Source of the DNA: Raillietiella orientalis
Lineage: Eukaryota
NCBI GenBank assembly: GCA_036172245.1
Contig: JAYWIR010000020.1
Span: 1,178,001 to 1,242,000 of the forward strand
DNA length: 64,000 nt
Direction of reading: 5' to 3'
Numbering within the stretch: position 1 is the first letter of the stretch; the number at the start of each line of letters is the position of its first letter. The position numbers and the translations under genes are program-made. The notes under the pieces were generated by a model, which saw only the letters and a program-made list of their open reading frames with translations, was not told the DNA's origin and ran no database searches. Shown here piece after piece: positions 1-13,249 of this stretch.

Positions 1-899
1 TGGAGCGAATTTCAGTGACCACAATAAGCCACAGAGCAGAATTTCAAATCAATTTAGAATACCTCTTCCAGAAACGTTTCCCCCCTTTTGATAAACTCGA
101 GAGGCGCCTTTGAAATCTTCCCTCCCCTTTGCTTCCACCAACACGGTGAGCAGTTATTCAAGCTTATCAAAGCAGTGATCTGTCATTCATCTAAAGGTCG
201 CCTTATGGAACCAAAAGAGCCGACATCATGGAATGGAATGCGTTTACAGATGATAAATTCGCTCAATGGAAAATAAAGCAGTTCGCACGACTTGCTTTGA
301 TTCATAAAATGCGCACAAAAGAAAGAAAGAGAAAAAGAAGCATTTATGAGAATTCTGCTATCAGCAAATCTCGCTCCCACATGGCGCACTCCATTTTTTT
401 TTTCCTTCTTCTGAACTGCAAATGTGCTGGAGTCCATTACTGTTGCGAATGATAGCTGAATGAGTTTGCTATTAAACTAAAGACTCATCACTCAGGAGGA
501 CTCGATCCAGTGTATCCATCCAGTGAATTTACTGCAGGGATCGTGTGTCACGTTTCATCGAAAATCCTTGCGGATTTTCTGTAAAATTTGGATTCAGGCA
601 CCAAAAGCTACCCACGCACTATGGTTTGAGATGATTCTGGAAGGCATATCGGAATGCTGTCCATCGCGTCCATTCCAGCTGAACCACACTTCCGAGTGCT
701 CTCACAGTGATCATGGCTTCTGCTGGAAATTTTCATGGCTCCAAGAGATTTTTTTTTTTTTTGGCAATGGAAGGCAACAACATGAAACTTTCATCGGAAT
801 AGAAAATTTCTCCCATTGGAAGTGGACACGTTTTTTTCTTGTTTAAAGTGAAAGAATGGAGTTGTGGTTTTTTTAGGTGCTGAGATTTCTTATTCCGTT

Positions 900-1780
900 C
901 GTTGTACATTAAGGAATGGTATTTGAGGAATGAGCGTTTGTTGAGAAGGGACGGAGGGAAAGAATTCCTGAAGTGTTTCAAGCTCGGAATGAAAAGTTCG
1001 AACTTCGTTGTTTTCGAATGGCAAATCAAACAAACACTCTTCAGGGAAAGACAGATTTTCATGGTTTGGCCTTGAAAGTTTCACAAAGGCTTGCGACGCT
1101 ATTGACGCTGGAAACGCATCGCATGCTGTAAAAGAGAGCCTTCTGAGCAAACTCACCCTTCACTTCCCGGTTGACCAAATTCGAGCTTTTTGCAAAAACC
1201 TTCCCTAAAAGAAGGAATACCGACAAAGGAATTCGCCTAAGGGATCTAAACAAGACTAGCCTCGGAGCAAATCCTGACTTGCTAATAACCTTTGCTGTTG
1301 CTTGGGAATGCTGGCAGCGCAAAGAAGGTAAGCCTAAATAGGAAGTGTTGCAACATGGCAGCACGGACTCTGTAAAGTGTTCAAGGAATTCAAGGCTGCG
1401 ATGTGGAGACACTTTTTTTTTTCCCTCTGATACGCGTCGATGGACCACTCGCCGTGGTGGTGGCGAAAGTAAAATTCCCAACTCTTAGAGAAACGGGAGA
1501 GAGTCGCGGCCTAGAGGGTCTTTTCGAGAGAAAATCTGTTGATTTGAGATATTCCAGTGGCACTCGGAGATTGTGGTGCTTATGAGTGCGGCGCTGCCTC
1601 ACCGGCGCTGGGGCGACCGGGAGGTGTTGGAGTAACTGGGATCAGCATGTCACCCTTTGCCCATGCAGTAAGAAGTTCGCGTTCGCTCACGGGATTTATG
1701 GGTCCCAGAAGAAGTGATAGCTTATCGAGAGAATATCAAGAGACACCGAAGGATATGATGGCCTGGATATTTGTTTCTTT
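900..1780 (-). mobile_element. Decayed CR1/L2-like LINE 3' portion (RT and C-terminus)
   Basis: Minus strand: LDI...DKLS, TGISQ (SGVPQ-like), FATTT (FADDT-like, ~1453-1467), SYLGL (~1329-1343), VFLLLGKVF, Y..RC...LCETFK (~1071-1130), FRNSF. Confidence 0.6.
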
Positions 1781-2043
1781 CGTTCGAAAGAGGCGAACAA
1801 AGCAACCCGTGGATTCCTCCGTTCTTTTTTCTTTTGATAGCACAGCCCAGAAGTCGGAAAGAGTATGTGACATTTCCTCTCTCCCTGCTCGAACTTATCT
1901 CACAAGTTACAATCGCATGATGCTAATGGGTTGGCAGGCTTCGGTTTTTATTTCTAAATTGCTAAATTTTAAAATAATTCACAGTTGGTTCCGGAGTTTG
2001 TCGAATTTATTTGGCATCAGCAGGAGAGGGGTATAATTTCCGA

Positions 2044-2088
2044 CACGCACGTGCGCGCGCGCGCACACACGCACACACACACACACAC
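2044..2088. repeat. (GC)n/(CA)n alternating purine-pyrimidine microsatellite
   Basis: cacgcacgtgcgcgcgcgcgcacacacgcacacacacacacacac. Confidence 0.9.
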
Positions 2089-2361
2089 TTAAGAAACCTT
2101 TATAAATATTTATCTATATTTCACTTGATCTACACATTATGCAAGCATCGTCGCGGAAAGGACTCAACTCAGAGGCAACTTGAAGGCAGGAGACTGAAAA
2201 TGGCTTAAACGTGGTGAATTTTTGATTTCCTCCGGTCGAATACTTATAAGAATAACTTTTTGAATTATAAAAGGACAACATTGGTGCTAAAAGCTTCTTG
2301 CATATTACATCCACGGTGTGTGCTCATGCGGCTCTCAGTCCATTTTCATCTTTGCTTTTAG

Positions 2362-2563
2362 GAGAGCCCGTAACCGTGGCGATTTCAATTCGATAATGAT
2401 TTTGTCAATGAATGGATCTCGTTGCTAATGAAATTACGCCACACGTGAAGACCAGAAGAGGCGAATGGTGCGCTCGCATTTCCATTCAGAACCTTCTGCG
2501 AAGGGGGGGGGGGGTGAGAGGAAAAGAGTGGTGCGTGGGTGAGATTTCTCATGACTGCGCCCG
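2362..2563 (+). repeat. Dispersed ~200 bp repeat, copy 1 (direct repeat with 5835-6031)
   Basis: Shared blocks TTCAATTCGATAATGATTT, CAATGAATGGA, AGGCGAATG, GCTCGCATTTCCATTCA and GAGGAAAAGAGTGGTGCGTGGGTGAGATT in the same order. Confidence 0.9.
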
Positions 2564-4020
2564 CCTGATTGAGATGCAAATTGCAGTTCTAAACAAAGTT
2601 AAATCTGCACCTCACTAACAAAAGTCTGATGGCCCCGAGGAACGCTGATCGCCTCATCGATTTTTTTTCGGGGGGGATGCAAACAAGTGAAGGGCGCCCA
2701 ACAGCAGATTTCCAGCTGTAGCCAAAGCAAGGGACAAGCATCGGTGTTTCTCCCAAGATCTCGCATCACTTTCGCAAATCGAGGAAAGTATCCATCATTT
2801 TTGCGATCTGTTTTCTGCCGTGGTGAATTTTGCGTTCGGATTCGATCGCAGTTCGCATCTCTGAACTCGCAATCATTTTCCAATGCTCGCTAGCCACGGC
2901 CGAATCATGAGTTAGTTGACATTGGAATCGATAACTGGCAAGTTCACAAAGGATCTCCTTTCTAATCATCTCATGGATGTGCAGGAGTGAGGTGTTTTCA
3001 GGTCACTAATTCCTATTAAAATTTGGACATGCTGAAACTCTTTGAATCTGGATAAATCACCGAGCAGCTGGGATTGTGTGGTTTCACATAATGTTGGAGG
3101 AACGAGGCGCGGCTAATGACTCTTCGTTTTCCTATCTCAGTGCACATGAGCAGCAGAATCACAGGATGGATCATGGAGACGGAAAAGCTAAGGATGACAG
3201 AGTACACCCCAGGAAATTTTTTTTTTTTTCGGAGCAAATCCTAGTTTCGGCAGAAGACCCATTTGCATAGGAACCAAAGTCTCAATTCCACATAAAGAAA
3301 ATCCTCCGTTTGTAGTAAAGATAAGCCACATTACCAAAAGCTCTGGATGGAGAGCGATATGCGTTCGTTTGCGATGCAAGATCTGGAGTGAATTTTTTGG
3401 ATTCGAGTACGCAACCTAGATTGCTCGGGTATCCTCAAGAAACCTCAGAATTCCATTTCTTGCTTCCTTCGCCAAGGAAAACCTGATGGTAATTCTCATC
3501 TGATGAGCGAAAGGGTTTCATGATTGGGAACTGTATTCGCGTATGCACACTACAAGACGGGAATCAGCGAGATTTTGAAGCGGCACGCCAGTGCAAATGA
3601 AATTTAGCGTCACTGAAATGTAAGATGCAGGTGTTGGGGAAACTCCGCCTTGATGATAATCAAATAAGAGGTTTCTCAGCTATTCTTTTTTTGGTTTACA
3701 AAGGAGGTTGGGCTCAAGAAAAGGAGGCTTTAGAAAAAATATCTGTAAATAGAAAATCGAAGGCCTGCAGCAGTTGGATTAGCGCTGCCCATGATTAAAA
3801 TATGGAATCCTTTGACGTTCTGGAGATGCACCCAAGGCAAAAACAACTCAGATATCCACGAAAAAAAATAACAGTGGCACTCGAAAGAAATAGCAAGTAC
3901 TAAGGCAGGAGAAAGGCAGAATAAGAAATGACCAGGAAATCTAAAGTTTTGCAGTCATTCCTGCCAGTTCGCCACACTGCTCTGCGTAAACCACATTGAC
4001 CAACAACATATAGTCCTTAA

Positions 4021-4063
4021 ACCCTACCATTATGGGAATTCAAAATTCTGATAATGGTAGGGT
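4021..4063. repeat. Near-perfect inverted repeat/hairpin
   Basis: ACCCTACCATTAT (4021-4033) pairs perfectly with ATAATGGTAGGGT (4051-4063). Inner GGAATT/AATTCT extends the stem around a CAA loop. Confidence 0.9.
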
Positions 4064-5834
4064 CGAATGGATAATTTAAAGTTTACGTGCTATTGTATGC
4101 ATTCCTTAAACTGTTTATTAATTCTTAGAGCATCAGTACATGCTGACTACTGCTTGTCTGCTGTTATGGAAAGACAAATTGAATGACAAAAAGGAAATCA
4201 GTAGGCCGTCAGGAGCAAAGTCGAAAGAAGCACGGAGAAACACTTTCAACACTTTACAAAGCCCTCTCTTCTGGATTCAAAAGTAGGTCTTTCGAAAACC
4301 CAGAAAGCATGTTGAAATTTCTGAGCATTTCGGTCAGTGAGCAACTCCGTGGAATGCTTTGGAGTGCGTAGGAAAGTTTGCTCCGAACAGTTCGTTTCCA
4401 AGGAGAAAAATTCTGAAAGCTCTTCACTTAGTTTTCAATACTGAAAATTTCATGGATCCAGGTTTTGGCATTGAAACTCGTGTCCCGTGGGAGTTCTTCA
4501 TGTCTTGAGGGAACATCTGCGTTCCACTTCTATGCAAATCACAGCTACGCTTGAGGTATTCTTAGAAAACTCGCAAAAGGAGCACACAGGCACAGTCTAC
4601 AGTTCTGTTTTTCCGGAAAAGACTCTCAAATCCAAAATATCCCATGGGCTTTGAACGCTTGAAACGAAAGTGTCGCATCCCCTCAAAATGGGAGCCGTTT
4701 CTTCGAACAAATGTTTAATTAAATGGATGCTTACGTAATTCTCTTGCACAATTAAAGCGCACTCGTATGGTAGCTCCAATCCACTTTTTTAGGTTTCCGC
4801 CAAGAGACTTCCAGGTGACCAGAATCCTGTCTACGCAGGAAGAATTTCTTCTAGACTAAGAAGTGAATGGGAGAAATAAAATTGTTGCGACCCCTCGGAA
4901 TTATGGAAACCTCAGCTGAATTCAAAAGATTCACTTCAGTCTAAGGGAGAACTGGGAAATCTGCGCATGTATTTAGTGATGGACAGGAAATTCCACATGT
5001 GGGAACATATGTATATCTGGCGTTGTTAGGCGCCATCCGACTTCACTAAATTTCTGTTTCCTTAGAAACGGAACCCTCGTGTTTGCAGCTTTCCCAGATG
5101 TAAAAGGTATTTCCGAACCGGAAGATCTTGGGAGCTGATATTCAGGATTTCCACGTGTTTTTACGAAGGAGGGATGAGTTGGGTGGATGTTCACGAAGTG
5201 CACAGAACTTGACCGCGAAAGGAGACCGCAATTTCGTGCAAGAGTGCATATCTATGTCTGTGAGTGCATTTGTTAGCAAAAAAGTTTGTTCGTACTTTTC
5301 ACTAGGATCAGGTTCCGAAAGGTGATTTCATTTGTTCAGCAGTTTCAGCATCCACAACGGAGCGGGAGCTTATTCGACCTATAGTTGCATGAATTACAGG
5401 AGAAGTTGTAGGATCATAATTTGTATGATCGATGCAAAATAATTTAAGATTGAAAATTCCTTAAAAAAAAAAAAAAAATTGCGACTGCCGGAATCATTAG
5501 GATTTAATTTTTATTTAGTAAAAATACTACTACGCTTCTCCCCTCCCATTATTTCGACCAATACATAAGGAGAGAGCTCCCATTAATAATCAGTTTTCAA
5601 AAGGGCCAAATGCAAAATGGATAGTCGAGGTGGACTGCATGCAAAGAGGGTTATGCCCCCCATAGATGGGAGAGCCAGGCTGTATCACTCCAATTTGCGC
5701 TCGAAAGTAAGTGACGGCTTTACTGGTGAAAGATAAGGATGCGAGAATTTTGCGAGCAAGGGCTTTCAAGCATATCCAGATGTTTATCTGAACAATAACG
5801 AAACAAGCACTTTCTCCTTCGTCCTTGCCTCTAT

Positions 5835-6031
5835 GAGAGCACGTAACCATAGGAACTTCAATTCGATAATGATTTCGGCAATGAATGGACCTTGTTGCTC
5901 GTGAAATTATGCTACACCTAAAGACCAGACAGGCGAATGCGAGCTCGCATTTCCATTCAAAACGTTTCGCGGATGGAAGGGGGAAGAGGAAAAGAGTGGT
6001 GCGTGGGTGAGATTCCTCAGGACTGCATCCG
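5835..6031 (+). repeat. Dispersed ~200 bp repeat, copy 2
   Basis: Colinear with 2362-2563 (same shared blocks). Confidence 0.9.
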
Positions 6032-6471
6032 GTGTTAGCGAAAACTTTGGGTTTGACGAAAGCAGTGGCACGTGAAGTGAACGAACCGATAAGACACGGG
6101 GAGAATCTCTTGCAGGAAGTAAACTTCCATTTCAGTGCCTTGGATTTGGAGTGTAATTTTCGTGTGCAGTTTATCGTATACATGTCTGTTCTGGAATTTC
6201 ACGGTTTGGTATCTCGAGAGGTCCTGTATCTCCAGTAGAACCCACACGCAATGGGAATGAAAATCGAATCTTCCACCTTTCAGTGTTCCATATAAAGCTT
6301 CAGTTTTCCTCCAGAACTGAATGAACTCAATGCTTTTATTCGGATCTGACTTTCGAACTATTCACTAACCCTATTTATGACTACTACGCCCTACTGTTTA
6401 TTATTCCTCAAAGCTTGTTAAATGCATTACTTGCATTGCTTTCTTTCTGAAGGTGCAACTCCATTACACAG

Positions 6472-6569
6472 TCTATTCAATGCATCCAAAGAGCATGGCT
6501 TAGGTGTAAGAACGAGTATGCAATCCAGTCATAACTCCTCTTCGTTGTCAAGCCACACATATCTTACAT
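6472..6569 (+). repeat. ~100 bp repeat, copy 1 (direct repeat with 7739-7844)
   Basis: Shared TCTATTCAAT...GTGTAAGAA...TATGCAATCCAGTCATAACTCCT..CGTTGTCAAGCCACACATATCTTACAT. Confidence 0.9.
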
Positions 6570-7738
6570 ACTTTCCGGGTATCGTTCCTTCTAAAGATTT
6601 CCCGAACACCTCCTGAAATAGTAATTCTACGAGGCTTCCACACTCGCCTAAGGTCCAGGCGATCCTTTGTCCGTAACATTTACATAACCTTTCCTGCTTT
6701 CAAATATATTGAAAAATTCATGACGACGGTACTATTCCAGGCTGTGTCAATAAACCAAGCAGAATGGAGATGGGTTGCGAGTGAACAAATTTGCAAAACA
6801 CACAACTTCTAAAGGCGACACTTACTCGAGAGTGGCATAGAGAAAGATCGCCCCCGGTGAGGAAAAATTACGGAAGGTGGGGTGCATGTGGTACATGGCG
6901 CACGCTGGATTCGCGCATCCTTGCCCATGATTCTTCCGGCAACTGGTTTGCGAAAGTCTATATCGTCGAATCAATCCTTAAATGGGCGTTTCGCATCGTT
7001 GGATCCTGTGATTTTGCCCCAAGGTGGATCCAGATGATCGTGACGAAAACAAATGGAATCAAGCAGTTGAATTCCGGTATCAAGAATAGGTGTTTGGGAA
7101 ATTTACTTGAGAAAACAAGAAAGAAACTGATGAGCCGATCTGCGCGGGATTTTTCCTTAGACTGGATCTCTTGCCAGTACTAAAATTAATGATCTCCTTT
7201 TTTGAAATCTCTATTTGGAGAAAAGAAAGCAAGCTGACGAGCGAACCATTCTATTAGCTTTCCAGCATTATGCTTTTGAACAGTGGTAGGATGCTGGTCA
7301 GTCAAAACGTAGTACCATTTCCCATCTCAAGAGCCGGTATGTGATCTGGTAGCACGCTTGCTTAAGACTGAGGATTTGGTTCTCCGGTGGCTGGCCGTAG
7401 AAAATGCAACTGTTTGAAATCTGAAGACGAGTTATTTTGGCAAAAAGACTTTCATTCGCTCGTTAATTGCTTCAGCTAATGGACATCTGTTTTCATCCTC
7501 CTGCTATATACTATGCTGACTTGACTAATTCCGTGAAATTTGCTTCGAAATTTTACTTCTAGTTCCCAAGAAAAAAGTTTTCTTACATTCCGTGGATGAT
7601 AAGTAAAAAAAAAAAATTCCTTAGGAAATGAGAATTCTTGGAAAATACCAACACAAGAGATCTTTAATCAACTTTCTTCTCCCCCCCCCCACATTGAATT
7701 CAACCTTCGATGAACTCGTTTGTGCTTTCCTCGATCAC

Positions 7739-7844
7739 TCTATTCAATACATCCTATGGGAAAAGAGAATAGCTTAAGTGTAAGAAGGGGATATGCAATC
7801 CAGTCATAACTCCTTTCCGTTGTCAAGCCACACATATCTTACAT
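7739..7844 (+). repeat. ~100 bp repeat, copy 2
   Basis: Colinear with 6472-6569. Confidence 0.9.
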
Positions 7845-10800
7845 GCATGACTCCTTAGTGTTTTTGAAGAAATTGTCAGCGTTCTGCATCGAGCTATCAA
7901 CGTCTAATTCATCATAAAAACAAGTGGGGCTGAATTCTGAATACTTGCTTTCGCTTTCTGTTACAGCTAATGGAGCGACTCTTCAGGATCTCAAAAAACC
8001 CTTCATCTCCGTGCGTCAATCCTCATATTTCGTTCATCTTTCAGATAGCGTTGAGTCATTGGAGACTCGGCAATCATCTGAGTGGTACGTATCCTCTCAA
8101 CACAAACTACAATGATTCATGCGAAATTCGAACAGATTTTGAGAATCCTTCGAGAGTTCCAGCTGCCAAGTTGTTTGCTTGATTACGAAACGACTACGGA
8201 TTCTGTAGTATCCGGACAAATGGTGCCTCTTAAGACTTGTATTGCACGGTTTGCATTCCTTATTGTGGAAATAATAAATCGCTTTTCTTCCCCTTATTTC
8301 CATCCAATTTCGCACATATGATGCCAATCAAGTAAATGGCCATCAGTGTGTTTTCACGCTAGCAAGTTGTACGATGCTGTTGCCAGCTTTTCCGTTCTTG
8401 TTGCTGAGAATGATGTCGACATTTCGAAAGTGCACGGAAACCTACGATTGGTTTGCAAAGAGTGATGCTGAGCTTGCTGGGTTTTCTGGATTGCTACAGA
8501 TGCAAGGGATGCTTGTGTTCAACAAGACAGAATAGTTTCTTCCAGAAGCTCAGACAAAGTCCGCATCTGAATTTGTTTTCCATGTTCGAGGTAGATAACC
8601 GCGTTTGGGGAACAGTCAAGACTTCACCGATCGGAAACGCCTGGATGCTGCTCATTGACCACTGGGCTCCTGCTTACAATTCCTTCACCGAGTAGAATTT
8701 TTTTTTCTCTCCAAGATTTGGACAGATTAATGAACCACAGGAATATGGAAAAATCGCTTCCAATCTTTTATTTTTTTATTTATTTATTTTTTTTTCTACT
8801 CTTTCTTCACTTTCTTCATTGTATCCTGATGCATGCTTGCACTCACAACCATCTTCAAAAAAAAAACACGAGAGTTGGTGCTTTCAGCAGTCCTTTCTGC
8901 TCCTTACTCTGCGTTGAGGATACCAAAGCAAAGAGTTTTGCAGGTCCTTACACGCAGATGGGACTTGCTGATCCGAACTGAGAAATCATTCCTCCTACCG
9001 TTACTCTGATGAGATGACAAAACCACAGAATGTCAAAAACTTGATTTTCAGCATTTACACATTGCCACCTCCTTGAGAAAGATGCATTGCTTCGAACTGA
9101 TATCCAAAAGACCCAAACACCCTATGAGTGCTTTCATCGAGGAATTTTAATGATTCCAATGCGGCATTTTTGCAAGCAGTAGATTATGAGAGTAAGTCAT
9201 TGGAGATAGCTCATGAGATTCGTTTGGTCTTCAAAGCATGGAATCGTGAGTGATTCCCTGTCTACGGTGCAGCTAAAATTTCGAAATTCATTTGCTGAGT
9301 CATGCAATTCAGGACATACGCGAAAGCATGAAGTGATTTTCTGTATCAGAGCTATGGATTCGTTGTCAATTACTGAAGGAAATGGTAAATGGACTTCGAT
9401 TCTTCACGGCTAAGTGATATTTCGAAAGCATTGACACAGTGCAATATGACACACACGTGTGTACTGTAATGCATCATGTATATTTTAATGCACCATTTCC
9501 ATGGGATCACGGGCGATTTATAACAACGCAATGCAGCTCTTCATAAAGAAAAATATTACAGTATAAGAGAAGTGCTACTCAGGAGAAGCTGAAGAAACAT
9601 TTATTAAAGTGTCAACACCCCTATTTCCGTTTCTGTGCTTTTAGTATCGAGAACAAGACTCAGAGAGCGAACAAGGGTTCAAGATAAAGGATTTTTTGAT
9701 CATCCCATTTACAAGTCCTAAGAGTAATGCGGCATCATTTTCGAGATATTTTTTCCATCAATCCTTTTTACAGAATTTTTTTCATGAATCAGTGCATTCT
9801 CATCCATCCTGACTTTGAAATAAGAAGGCCTAAAGCTTTCTTGGTCCGTGGAATGTAATCATGAAGCCATTCCTACATTTAGTTTCATTCATATGCTTTC
9901 ATTCCTATATCTTAAAGAGCGTATTCTTATACAGCAGTGTGAGTCCAAGTAAACAGAACGTTGTTTTCATGGACATGGATTTTTAAATTTCTTATCTCTA
10001 CCGCTTCGTAATCATCTCGAGTCTCCTGTATGATTCTGCAGATCTCAACTCGCTCTAAAAGGCATTTTCCTTTCACTTCCTACACGTCCTTCTCATATCC
10101 AGAGCCTAATAGAGAACGTTTAGAATAGGGACCCCCCCAAGAAAACACATATTGAAAGAAAAAATCCCCTTCGTATGATCCATGGATCCTCGCAAACCGT
10201 AAGAAGAAGAAGATGCTTTGTTTTTCATTCGTATGGAAATTGTCAGATGAATTCCAAAATCATATAATAATTCAATGATTAACAATCTATTCTAACATAT
10301 GGAACGGATAGAAGATAGCGAAAACGCTTGCTACATAATTTCTCGAAGCAAAGGAAGGCAGGTATTCTTTTAAAGCATTCTACGAAGCAGTTTGCTAAAA
10401 TAAGTAGCTTTCAGCAGCTTTTTCAGAAGTGTGATGAGGATACGTGCTGGATTCGTTTTTTCCATTTTCATATATGAAGGGCACTTTGCCGTAGGAAGCT
10501 CTTGAATCATAGCTACCATAAAGTGATAACGAATAAGTTTTTAAACCATTTCGTGTTGGGGCAGTCACGGAAGAACATATTCAGCTAAACGTACATAAAT
10601 AAAAAAAAAAAACTCCGGGAACAGTAAGAAAAAAAAAAATGAAAAAAAATTTTCGTCATAAGAGTGGAAACTTTCATCTGAACAGATCGAAATCTATTTA
10701 TCTACGCCTTTATGGAAGTGAATCGAAATTAAATTCCTCCCACTCATTTTGATTAAGCGCTTTCTCCCAAGCGTTTTCCTCCACGGTAAACCGTACGGAT

Positions 10801-11479
10801 TCTGCCACCGACAGTGGGTAATGGGGTCATTCACCGAAAAGGTGGGTTCTGTTATGTACAGAGTAGCTCCTCTTCGAGATTTCCCTCCTTTTTGGTGAGT
10901 ATTTGGCAGCACCACGTGCTTATCTTATTCTTAGTGTCATCAATGGCGCGCTTTATTATCAATGTGGCTGAATGTATTTTATTTACGCTAGTTTTTTGGG
11001 AGATCGGCTTTGTCACTCCAGCTGCAGCTGATGAACAAAATAACTGTAATCAGGAAGCAGCAGTGTAACTGAAATGTAAAATCCAAAATCCAAAATACTA
11101 GAAAGAGAGACAGAGATGACTTGAAATTTTTACTTCCCCTTCTAGAAGGTAAAGACACAGAAGACAACAAGCGTTTCAGAACCACACGATCCAAGTTTGA
11201 ATGCGAAACCACAGAACACCATTACTGGAGATGAAAAAGAAAGAACAAAAAAAAAGAAACGGAGCAATTATAATCTATAATAATCGAGCGTAGTAGGCAC
11301 TGATACTGCAAAGACAGCACTACGGTACTCTAGGAAAAGAGAAAACTGGAACAACCCGAAAACAAAGCAGTCCAAAGAGATGACTAATCAGTTGGAACCA
11401 AGAAACTCTTTTCTGCAGGGACGTATCGTTACGAGTGCGCTGCAATCCGTTTGTGATGGTTTGATCTCTACGTGGGAGA

Positions 11480-11900
11480 AATCCCTGGGCAAGTGAAACG
11501 GCAGCACTTTGGTCGAAAGTGCGGCGGTGCGCCCCCACCGTCTCCTCGATGCTTCAGGAAAAGAGTCTGCAGATGCGTCTCCGCGGTGGGAAATTGAAAG
11601 GGAAGCTGAGAGTGGCACAACTCGTGAACCCGCGGTACGTATGATTTTTCAGATTGAAAGCTGCTTGTCGAAGGTGGGACAGATCCCTGAGTCCACAGAG
11701 GGTGTGCGCCAAAACTGAGCGCCCCCTTCCTGGACGGAATGGATTGGCCCTCTCCCTTGGAATCAGCATGCACTTCAGCACCTGCACTTCCATACCATGA
11801 GCATCGCATTTCGCGAAAGACTTCACATGGCACTTTGAGACCAAGAAGGTTTCCTAACCTGCGAATGAGCGAATGAGTTTACCAGGAGCTGAATCTACTC
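11480..11900 (-). mobile_element. Decayed non-LTR reverse transcriptase fragment (domains 0-3)
   Basis: Minus strand: DSAPG (11881-11895), FAKC..HG, LIPR...PFRP...SVL (11715-11767), QAAF (11656-11667), TFD (11512-11520). Confidence 0.55.
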
Positions 11901-13249
11901 GCAGCCTTGATGGGTGACCGGGCGCAATTGGTTTCTCAGCGAGCTTACGAGGCAGCAGCGTTTCCAAGAATTGAAACAAATTGTGAAATTTCTAATCAGA
12001 GCATCCCGATTTCCACCCCATGGGGATTAAACTTGTGATTGCATCTCAGATCCGTTGCGCACACCTTGCTCCTCAGGCTCTTTCAGTAAGGAACATTCAT
12101 CTTGAATGCAGTCCGAAAACGTGATCATTGGGTCGATACATACGTCTTCTGGGATAGGGCAGTTGCTTGCATGGAATCCGGCTTTCGATCTCAGGCTTGC
12201 CTGCTTTCCGTGAAACTTTACTCGAGCCTCAAATAAATCCCAGGAATTTCACACTCCCTAAGTATCCGTTTGCATCGGAATCCGAGATGATGACCAACGT
12301 TGCTCTATTCGTGATTCCATTCTCCCACAAAAATCGCATCTTTCCATTCCCAGAAGAACTTCTAGAGAGGCTTGCTGCTCTGTGGAAGGTGGCGATCGCT
12401 AGAGCGAGCGCGTTTCGGGGTTTTCAGGGACCTCAGCGGGCGATTCTTTTTAAAAATAGAATCGTTCAGCTGAGATTTTTTCAGTCTCATCACAGCTTCA
12501 ATCCCATTCTTTGCAATCTCACCTTGAGATGTTCGAGTCTTTAATGATTCTTTCTTATATACTTTCTGCGAATGACTGGAGTCAGATTTTCAGTGCTTAA
12601 GGACAGCAATTTGAAAGCTACCGAGGTGAGCATTCTTTTCGAATCGAGAGTTGACTTTGAGATGACTCGGTTCAGCTACCTCTCCGTTACAAAGAAACTT
12701 TAGCGAGTGCCGAGAAAGTTCGGTCGCAGACTCCGATCAAAGCGGTTGCCTTGAAGTAGCCCTTCGACGAAATTCAGTGAGCGACATGGCGAAAGAAGGA
12801 GGATGCCTGCTGAAGATGCCAAAGCGGGAGAGTTAATGCGGCAAACGATGGCAGGCACGCTTGCACACAACAAAGGACGGAGGAGAAGATTTCAGAAAAA
12901 GGAAAGTGCCTCACGAAGAGGATCTTGCAGAGCAGATGACCAGCTTTTCCAAGGCAGAGGGAGTGCCAAAGGTGGAGCTTTAGAGCATGCTCTCTTCCTG
13001 GCATGGTCCGGGTTGCTGGGATGTGGTTGGAATGGAACCATTTTGAGGAGCAACAGTGTCTGAGCCTACAACCGTCCCAACACGACAGAAGCTGGCTGGA
13101 ACGCTCTTCGAACAACCGAGTGTACATCCTTGGCGACGCACAGATTGGAAAATGGAGGAGGCAGTCTTGACGCAAGTCAAGGAACATTCCTCCTTCCTCG
13201 ACCCTACCTCTGCCCAGCTTCCCAGAGAGTAGCCGAGATTTCGAGCTGC

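Noticed and set aside
5590..6183. 197-aa minus ORF
   Set aside because: Crosses the dispersed 200-bp repeat. Only a faint GV.QG-like remnant, and not a Shal exon.
8400..8680. Faint RT domain-3-like remnants on minus (similar faint signals at 12200-12450 and 33900-34080)
   Set aside because: One or two degenerate motifs each, too weak to call without a profile search.
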